Of a DNA stretch of 38,628 nt, positions 32,301 to 38,628 are shown in pieces. Position numbers and translations under genes: made by a program. The notes under the pieces are model-generated. The model saw only the letters and a list, made by a program, of their open reading frames with translations, did not search any database and was not told the origin of the DNA. Each line of letters begins with the position of its first letter. The stretch's first letter is position 1. This DNA comes from a virus (taxonomy: Duplodnaviria > Caudoviricetes), in the IMG/VR virus record IMGVR_UViG_3300032335_001171, positions 1-38,628 of that record; one strand, given 5' to 3'.

Positions 32301-32492
32301 ATGGCTAAACATTCAAACGGCGGTAAAGGTTGTAAACTAAGGCCATTAAGTGTGAGCCAGGAAGAATTCGATAGTAATTGGGATAATATCTTCAAAAAAG
32401 ATAGATCCAAAGACAAAAATATACTAAATAAAGCCAATAACCAAACACACTCAACGGTTATTAACACAAACACAAACACACAGGAGAAGTAA
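32301..32492 (+). CDS. small protein (GGKG...RP.SVSQEEFDSNWD.IF)
   Basis: Motif familiar from small myophage proteins; start moved to ATG 32301. Confidence 0.6.
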   Translation: MAKHSNGGKGCKLRPLSVSQEEFDSNWDNIFKKDRSKDKNILNKANNQTHSTVINTNTNTQEK

Positions 32493-32493
32493 T

Positions 32494-32781
32494 ATGTCTA
32501 ATATGACACCATTTGAAATTCGTCTCGAATTATTAAAAATGGCCAAAGATATGCTTGAAGAGGATTACCGAAGCAAGCGTGAACAAATAAGTAATGATTG
32601 GTCAGTCAAAGTTGAAGTAGCTAAACTTAATGGCGGATCAATACCAGACCATCCTGGTTTTCCAACTTATCCATCCGAAAAAGAAATTATTACCAAAGCA
32701 CAAGAACTTAATGGCTTTGTTTCTAATATAGATTCCAAACCAACTGTAACGGTAACAAAAAAATCTAGCGCAACCGTATAG
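32494..32781 (+). CDS. conserved T4-like hypothetical protein (PFEIRLELLKMAKDML)
   Basis: AGGAG SD; YP...EII.KA.ELN.FVS. Confidence 0.8.
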   Translation: MSNMTPFEIRLELLKMAKDMLEEDYRSKREQISNDWSVKVEVAKLNGGSIPDHPGFPTYPSEKEIITKAQELNGFVSNIDSKPTVTVTKKSSATV

Positions 32782-32820
32782 ACAAGGGCGTTTTTTAGCC
32801 TTTAACTAAAAGGAAACACT

Positions 32821-33378
32821 ATGCAAAGAATTAATATACTTAGCACATCAACAATAATTATCGCAACACTTATATCAGTATTAATAGTTTTAGGATTCAG
32901 TAGTGTAATGGCAACACAAATGAATCCAATGCCAATTAAAATTAGTTATAACGATTTATCACCAAAAGCAAAACAACAAGTAGAATGCTTAGCCCAAAAT
33001 ATCTACTTCGAATCAGGACACGAATCACAAAAAGGCCAAATTGCCGTAGGCATGGTCACCATGAATCGTGTTAAAAGCGGAATATTCCCCAATACAATCT
33101 GTGGTGTAGTTAAACAAAAAACACAATCAACTTGCCAATTTTCTTGGATTTGTGAAGGCAAATTTGATGTCAAATCCTTGACACACTTCAATAATTCATT
33201 GTATAATGGTGTTCGTGAATTAGCTGTATATGTTTATGCTAATCACGATAAGATAGAAGACCCAAGCCGTGGTGCTTTATTCTATCACGCAGATTATGTC
33301 AATCCAAAATGGAAGAATGTAACATATCTAACACAAATTGGCCGACATAAATTCTATGATAAAAAGGAAACAAACTAA
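32821..33378 (+). CDS. cell wall hydrolase, SleB/Hydrolase_2 family, with N-terminal membrane anchor
   Basis: CLAQNIYFES..E...GQIAV..VTMNRV, FPNTICGVV.Q, CQFSW, GALFYHADYV.P.W, IGRH.FY. Confidence 0.9.
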   Translation: MQRINILSTSTIIIATLISVLIVLGFSSVMATQMNPMPIKISYNDLSPKAKQQVECLAQNIYFESGHESQKGQIAVGMVTMNRVKSGIFPNTICGVVKQKTQSTCQFSWICEGKFDVKSLTHFNNSLYNGVRELAVYVYANHDKIEDPSRGALFYHADYVNPKWKNVTYLTQIGRHKFYDKKETN

Positions 33379-33653
33379 TGGTACAAGTAAAAGAAGCCGT
33401 TAAAGTAAGTGCAATCTTCTTTGTTTGTTTAACAATCATATTGTTATCAATTACTGGTGGTGTTGCATATTATCATGCTCACGACCGAGTATTGATGTCA
33501 AAGAATGTTTCAGAAGCAATTGAAAGGGGAATTGACCCACTATCAGTAAGATGTTCATATGCTTCACACTCTGATACCGTTTGTGTTGCATATGCGTATT
33601 CAAAACAAGGCAAAACATCAGCTTCCGACCAACCTATATCAATTAAGAAATAA
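33378..33653 (+). CDS. membrane-anchored protein with a Cys pair
   Basis: TM segment; GIDPLSVRCSY...C; TAATG coupling. Confidence 0.7.
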   Translation: MVQVKEAVKVSAIFFVCLTIILLSITGGVAYYHAHDRVLMSKNVSEAIERGIDPLSVRCSYASHSDTVCVAYAYSKQGKTSASDQPISIKK

Positions 33654-33654
33654 T

Positions 33655-33879
33655 ATGCCAACAAAAGAAGAAATGAATAAGTTTTCCCGAGCTATTGACG
33701 GTTTAGTAGCGAATACCGATTACAATTATATTGAAGCAATTGTCGAACATTGTAAGAAAACCGGATTAGAAATAGAAGTGGCAGCCACACTCATCAACGC
33801 AAATCTTAAATCAAAGATAGAGATGAATGCCATGGACCACAATTTACTTAAAGAAAAAAGCTCACGATTACCAATATGA
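33655..33879 (+). CDS. gp33: late transcription co-activator gp33
   Basis: FS..I..LV....NYIEAIV..C....LE.E....LI...LK.KIE..A...NLLK; synteny with gp59 and gp32. Confidence 0.85.
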   Translation: MPTKEEMNKFSRAIDGLVANTDYNYIEAIVEHCKKTGLEIEVAATLINANLKSKIEMNAMDHNLLKEKSSRLPI

Positions 33880-33950
33880 GTTTAACTGCTATCTCATATC
33901 TATATGATAGATGTTTGTTAAAATAGCAAAATAACTTAAAGGAGTATAAA

Positions 33951-34046
33951 ATGCCTAAAGTCACTTTAGATGTTAATTTAATAGCTAATGTAGCGCTTGC
34001 TGTATTAGTAGTTGAGTTAGTTGGCAAAATCACCGGTTGGTGGTAA
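33951..34046 (+). CDS. 31-aa single-TM peptide (MPKVTLDVNLIANVALAVLVVELVGKITGWW)
   Basis: Read manually; strong AAAGGAG SD; followed by a TGGGAG/CTCCCA hairpin. Confidence 0.65.
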   Translation: MPKVTLDVNLIANVALAVLVVELVGKITGWW

Positions 34047-34101
34047 GTTAAATGAGTTGGGAGAACTCTACAAAACTCCCACTTTATTATGATGAGAAAT
34101 T

Positions 34102-34692
34102 ATGACTGGTTATGAAGCATACGAATTATTTCAAGCCTTAAAACGGCATTTTACCCAAGAGAAATTTGATTTCTTCAAATATCGTGGGCATATTAATACA
34201 TCAAAAGAAGCATTTGAGAATCGTAAAGACAAATGGCACTTCTATAAACTCTCACGCAAGTTTGCAACAAAGGAAGAACTTACCAATTTTCTAATAGCTA
34301 ATTTTTTAGATGATGAAAATATTTGGGTAAATAATCTTCTCCAAGAAGAAGCTGATATCAAATACATTCAATATAAAAAGGTGATGCAATCACTTGCCTA
34401 TACCTTTGAGAATGATTGTGTATCAATATTTGAAGGTTGTAATAATCCAAATAGCTTATTGGCAACCAATGGTGACTATCCTATCCTACTCACCAAGGCA
34501 CTTCGTAAAGAGATTCATATACAGACCCTAGTTTTACTGAATAACATTCTAGGGTTCGTTCCAATGTGGTCCAAAACTATTACGGACACCATTCGTTGGC
34601 CTAATTATCATATGAAGATGATTAAGATTGCCTCATTTCTACCTCAGGATAGTGTAAGATATAAGCTCATATTGAAAAAGGTTTTAGTTTAA
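34102..34692 (+). CDS. gp59: helicase loader gp59
   Basis: Y....ALK.HFT...FDFFKY.G, F..RKD...F.KLSRK, F.IANF, S..Y.F..D, TLV.LN..L.F. Confidence 0.9.
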   Translation: MTGYEAYELFQALKRHFTQEKFDFFKYRGHINTSKEAFENRKDKWHFYKLSRKFATKEELTNFLIANFLDDENIWVNNLLQEEADIKYIQYKKVMQSLAYTFENDCVSIFEGCNNPNSLLATNGDYPILLTKALRKEIHIQTLVLLNNILGFVPMWSKTITDTIRWPNYHMKMIKIASFLPQDSVRYKLILKKVLV

Positions 34693-34782
34693 TATGACTA
34701 AATAAGATTATATTATGGTAATTAGTGGATAAAACAAGATACAAATATACAATAACATACTTTACATACGAAAGGCAATACA

Positions 34783-35685
34783 ATGAGTAATTTTGATTCA
34801 TTAAAACGCAATCGCTCTAGCTTAGAAAAATTAACTAAGGCAATTGAAGCAACAACTCAATCAACTTCAACCGAATCCGGTTCACGAGAAGACCCCCGCT
34901 TATGGCAACCCACAGTAGATAAAGCAGGTAATGGCATGGCTGTTATCCGTTTTCTACCAGCACCTTCAGTAGATGGTGAAGACGCATTACCATGGGTTCG
35001 AGTATTCTCTCATGGTTTCCAAGGACCAGGCGGTTGGTATATTGAGAACTCTCTCACTACCCTTAACCAAAAAGATCCAGTTTCAGAATATAATTCTACA
35101 TTATGGAATTCTGGCATTGAAGCAAATAAAGAAATCGCTCGTAAGCAAAAACGAAGATTAAATTATATTGCCAATGTCTATGTGGTTTCTGACCCAAGTA
35201 ATCCAGAAAATGAAGGCCAAATTCGCATTTACAAATTTGGTAAAAAGATTTTCGACAAGATTACTGAAGCTATGAATCCAGAATTCGCAGACGAAACTCC
35301 AGTTAACCCATTTGATATGTGGGAAGGTGCAAACTTTAAATTGAAGATTCGTAATGTTGAAGGCTATCGTAACTATGATAAATCAGAATTTGCTGATAAA
35401 TCAGCATTACTTGATGGCGATGATGCAAAACTTGAAACATTATGGAAACAAGAACATTCATTAAAAGAATTCTTGGATCCAAAACACTTTAAACCTTATG
35501 AAGTATTAAAAACTCGTTTAGATAAAGTATTAGGTTTTGAAGGTGAAGTAGCACCAAGAACTAAAGCTGAAGATGTTGTCGTTGAAAATTTTAACGATTC
35601 ATCACTAAATGTAATTGATATGAAGATTGCTTCTGACGGTGACGATGATTTAGATTATTTCAAATCATTAGCTGGTCAAGAGTAA
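34783..35685 (+). CDS. gp32: single-stranded DNA-binding protein gp32
   Basis: D.R.W.P..DKAGNG.AVIRFLPAP, HGFQGPGGWYIEN, KFGKKIFDKI, GANFKLKIR.V.GY.NYDKSEF; acidic tail. Confidence 0.97.
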   Translation: MSNFDSLKRNRSSLEKLTKAIEATTQSTSTESGSREDPRLWQPTVDKAGNGMAVIRFLPAPSVDGEDALPWVRVFSHGFQGPGGWYIENSLTTLNQKDPVSEYNSTLWNSGIEANKEIARKQKRRLNYIANVYVVSDPSNPENEGQIRIYKFGKKIFDKITEAMNPEFADETPVNPFDMWEGANFKLKIRNVEGYRNYDKSEFADKSALLDGDDAKLETLWKQEHSLKEFLDPKHFKPYEVLKTRLDKVLGFEGEVAPRTKAEDVVVENFNDSSLNVIDMKIASDGDDDLDYFKSLAGQE

Positions 35686-35700
35686 TACTATCTTTGAACG

Positions 35701-35730
35701 AAGAATACCCGCTTAGGCGGGTATTTTTTT
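35701..35730. terminator. intrinsic terminator between convergent genes, probably bidirectional
   Basis: AATACCCGC-TTAG-GCGGGTATT followed by a T-run; A-rich on the other side. Confidence 0.9.
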
Positions 35731-37432
35731 ATGCCACTCGGGCAAGAACCATATTTGTTGGATTTGCTTTATCTTTAGTCATTGTAACTGGTTGATTATT
35801 AACTACTTTGGTGTTATTGGTTGTGGGTGTATTAATAATCATCGGTGTTTGTGATTTCGCTTGTTGTCTTTGTCCTGATGATACTTCATTAGATGCAGTT
35901 GCAACTTGTGATCCTGTAGGACCGCTAGACATCGCTGCGTAAATTTGTTGTGAGGATGCTTCCCGTGCTGCAGCTTTTTTTCCTGTAGGATCAGCAAAAG
36001 CAATTGCTTTATTAACCTTAGACATATTTTCTACATCTTCTGGTTTTAGTCCTTTATAACTTAATAAGAACCATGGAATCGCTTTAGCGGCAACTTCAGG
36101 AGAATTTAATGAATCAGGATTACTTAAAACATCAACACCTACAAATTTAGAAATGGCAGCATATTGGTTTTTACCTGTGTGTTGAATAAACCCACGACCA
36201 CGATATTTGAAACCATCACCTGGTGCGGAATTACCATCAGTTGTTTTGTAAACTTCATTTGCTAATCCTTCAGGATTGTTGACAAGTGGTTGTGCAAATT
36301 CAACCGAAGGAATTCTTCTTTTTCCAAAAACATCTTGAATTCTTTGTGGTGAGCTATAATTTAAATTTTCACTTTGTACCTTAAAATTGGATTCTGCTTT
36401 TACTGTCGCTAAAACATTTGCGTGAGCTTTAGGTGATGTGACACCAGATTCATTCAATGATTTTACGATTGTTGCTTGAACACCAGAAACTTCTAAAGGT
36501 TTTTCTTCTTTACTTGGCACCTTTGCTGGTGCAGCTGGTGCTGGTTTTGGAGCTAATATTGTTGGCGTTGGTGCAGCTGGCTGAACTTCTGGTTTTGGTG
36601 GTGGAGGTTCAGATGGTAGAGTAACGGGTTTAGATAATAGGTCAGCAGCTTTTTGCTGAGCATCTTTTTCTTTATCTGTTACTTTGCTTTTTAATATATC
36701 GGGAACAACAACTTGTTCTTTTTGAGGTGTTTCTTTGGGTGCCTCTTTAGGTTTAATATCAATTCCAAATAATTTTAATACGCTATCAAATTTACCACCA
36801 ACCCAATCAGAGAATTTACCAAAAAATTCTTGTATAGGTTTAATTACAGGCATTAGAAAATCTGCAGCTCCTTGATATAAATTCTTTATTGTTTCTTTGT
36901 CAATAAATCCCAAAGTAAGAAATTCAACAAGAGATCCAACACCTTCTTTATATGCTTCCCAAATAGAACCTGTTTCTTTCCATTTTTCAAAGGCTGATGA
37001 TATTGTTACCCATATAGTTGATATGATTAATACCGGTAATGCTATTTTTCCTAAAACTTTTATTATATTTTTAGGACTGAGTAACTTCATGAACCCTTTC
37101 ATCACATTTTGAATCATCTTTCTAGGATTCAAAATATTATCCATCAATGTTCCTAATATTCCTTTTTTCTTTGTAGATTTTTCTTCAGTAACAACTGTTG
37201 GTGCTTTGAGTTTTTCTTTGGTTTTATAATCTTGTTCAGCAATAAACTTCTCATCAACACCTTCTTTAGCTTCACCACCTTTTTGTTTTACGATACCGAT
37301 AATTGATTGAACTGCTTCATTTAAATCGCGAGCAATGCCAGGTAGAAGTAGAAAATTCTTAGCGGCAAGACTAAAAGAATCTGCTAGATTACTTTTTACA
37401 TTTTCTTTATCGGTGACTGGCGTTGGTGACAT
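35729..37432 (-). CDS. baseplate-hub/tail-associated protein with GH19 (chitinase/lysozyme-like) domain
   Basis: A..LA....ES.F....ENLNYS and GDGFKYRGRGFIQHTGKNQY GH19 motifs after a Pro/Ala-rich linker; position convergent on gp32. Confidence 0.75.
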   Translation of the reverse strand: MSPTPVTDKENVKSNLADSFSLAAKNFLLLPGIARDLNEAVQSIIGIVKQKGGEAKEGVDEKFIAEQDYKTKEKLKAPTVVTEEKSTKKKGILGTLMDNILNPRKMIQNVMKGFMKLLSPKNIIKVLGKIALPVLIISTIWVTISSAFEKWKETGSIWEAYKEGVGSLVEFLTLGFIDKETIKNLYQGAADFLMPVIKPIQEFFGKFSDWVGGKFDSVLKLFGIDIKPKEAPKETPQKEQVVVPDILKSKVTDKEKDAQQKAADLLSKPVTLPSEPPPPKPEVQPAAPTPTILAPKPAPAAPAKVPSKEEKPLEVSGVQATIVKSLNESGVTSPKAHANVLATVKAESNFKVQSENLNYSSPQRIQDVFGKRRIPSVEFAQPLVNNPEGLANEVYKTTDGNSAPGDGFKYRGRGFIQHTGKNQYAAISKFVGVDVLSNPDSLNSPEVAAKAIPWFLLSYKGLKPEDVENMSKVNKAIAFADPTGKKAAAREASSQQIYAAMSSGPTGSQVATASNEVSSGQRQQAKSQTPMIINTPTTNNTKVVNNQPVTMTKDKANPTNMVLARVA

Positions 37433-37435
37433 TTA

Positions 37436-38628
37436 TTATGTTCTTGCTAATAGATTTAATAAATCCATATTATAAGTATCGCCCACTTGTGGTTTGCTTC
37501 CATTTCCCATAGAACCAGATGTGTTATTTGTCACAGGAGCATTAACTGACGAACCCATATCAGCTGCTGATTCCATTCTTTGACCTTCAGAAATTTGTGA
37601 TGATTTTGCTGCTAAATCAGCTCCCATAGTAGAAGATGAACCTGTTGGAGCTGGTGATGTTCCTCCTCCAGAAGAACTTCCACCACCCAGCATTGAAGCG
37701 CCACCACCTAATGAGTTTTGTGCTGGACCGCCAGCAGATATTTTACCACTAATAGCTGCAGCTGCTTTGTCCATAGAACCTGAAAGCATATTACCATAAC
37801 CACCTTCAGGACCTTTACTAAATTTATCCATCGCAGTAGCTAATTGAGTTTTAACAGGATTAACTACATTTTTTTCATAGTCTTCAGCACGACCTAAACT
37901 ATAATCGCCTTTTGCATTTAATTTCTTAATATTTTCTAAATTACTTGCAGTAACAGAATTTATTTGGCCTAAAATATCAGCTCGTTGTTTACTATCTTTA
38001 GGCATTTGGCTACCTAAAGTTGTGGCTTTTTCTAATCCTTTACTAACTTCTTTTATGATTCCATCAGTAGATTCTTTTGTTGGACTTAAGCCTAAATCTT
38101 TACTAACGCCAGCAATAACATCTGTGGCTTTTTGCATTTCTTTTTGAACTTTTTCAACCGTTCTCTGCACTTTATATTCACCAGCTGAATTTTCTTTTAC
38201 TTGGCTTGATGAATCTTTTTTAAACGGGTAATACGGACCAATACTGATTTCTTTATTTACAACAGGTATTACATAAGACATTCTTGGAATACCAACATTG
38301 TTAGCAATCCAATCTTTAAATGAGTAATAAGCTTCTTTAATGCTGTCTATAATTGGCTCAACAACTTCGCCTATACTATTAATTAATTTTCTTAATGAAT
38401 CTTCACCAAATAAACCAAAAGTTAAAAAGTCAATCATAGCACCAAGACCGGTTATGATTGCTTCTCCCAAATCACCAGTTTCTTGCCATTTTTTAAATCC
38501 AGCGGTTATACCTTCAAATAGAGAATAAAGTAAGGCGCCTATGGCAAAAGCTTTACCTAATATTTTTAAAAGTGACATTGGATTAAATACTGATGTTATT
38601 CCACCAAGTAATCCATTTTTAACAGAAT
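37436..38628 (-). CDS. baseplate-hub/tape-measure-like protein, 5'-truncated by the window edge
   Basis: Frame stays open from 38578 to the window end; amphipathic helical segments; shares blocks with 35729..37432. Confidence 0.65.
   Translation of the reverse strand, partial: SVKNGLLGGITSVFNPMSLLKILGKAFAIGALLYSLFEGITAGFKKWQETGDLGEAIITGLGAMIDFLTFGLFGEDSLRKLINSIGEVVEPIIDSIKEAYYSFKDWIANNVGIPRMSYVIPVVNKEISIGPYYPFKKDSSSQVKENSAGEYKVQRTVEKVQKEMQKATDVIAGVSKDLGLSPTKESTDGIIKEVSKGLEKATTLGSQMPKDSKQRADILGQINSVTASNLENIKKLNAKGDYSLGRAEDYEKNVVNPVKTQLATAMDKFSKGPEGGYGNMLSGSMDKAAAAISGKISAGGPAQNSLGGGASMLGGGSSSGGGTSPAPTGSSSTMGADLAAKSSQISEGQRMESAADMGSSVNAPVTNNTSGSMGNGSKPQVGDTYNMDLLNLLART

Noticed and set aside
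34693-34782. T4-style gp32 autoregulatory pseudoknot leader
   Set aside because: The leader is A/C-rich with ATAC repeats and looks unstructured, but I could not identify pseudoknot stems.

Overview
This is a 38.6 kb AT-rich segment of a large T4-like (myovirus) phage genome. The anchors are rnh, gp33, gp59, gp32, a T4-type exonuclease, gp55-type late promoters (TATAAATA and variants) and minus-strand baseplate-hub-like genes. The host is probably a Gram-negative proteobacterium (inferred from sigma70 promoters, IHF-consensus sites and lipoprotein/outer-membrane cargo). The most striking part is a tightly coupled envelope locus at 10.3-18.7 kb: CsgF, CsgG, a curlin-repeat protein, a FecR-domain protein, a lectin(FBA-like)-curlin chimera, a PlcP-like phosphoesterase with an Agt-like glycosyltransferase, and a CHASE2 class III adenylate cyclase. 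It looks like a phage-borne trans-envelope signalling system built on a curli-type apparatus, with a lipid-remodelling pair embedded in it. A convergent minus-strand block follows (two paralogous GFPI membrane proteins flanking a lipase and a SpeD-like decarboxylase). Other cargo includes bS21, a flavin-dependent halogenase with a 2OG oxygenase and a CPA2 antiporter, ClpP, GalE, GT2 and an outer-membrane beta-barrel. Non-coding signals include three ~39-bp repeats near 1.1 kb whose 13-nt core is reverse-complementary to part of a promoter-driven structured RNA candidate at 3.7 kb, IHF-consensus arrays before early promoters, a second promoter class, and several apparently leaderless genes. No tRNA, rRNA or CRISPR array was found. 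All assignments come from motif recognition by eye; no searches were run.
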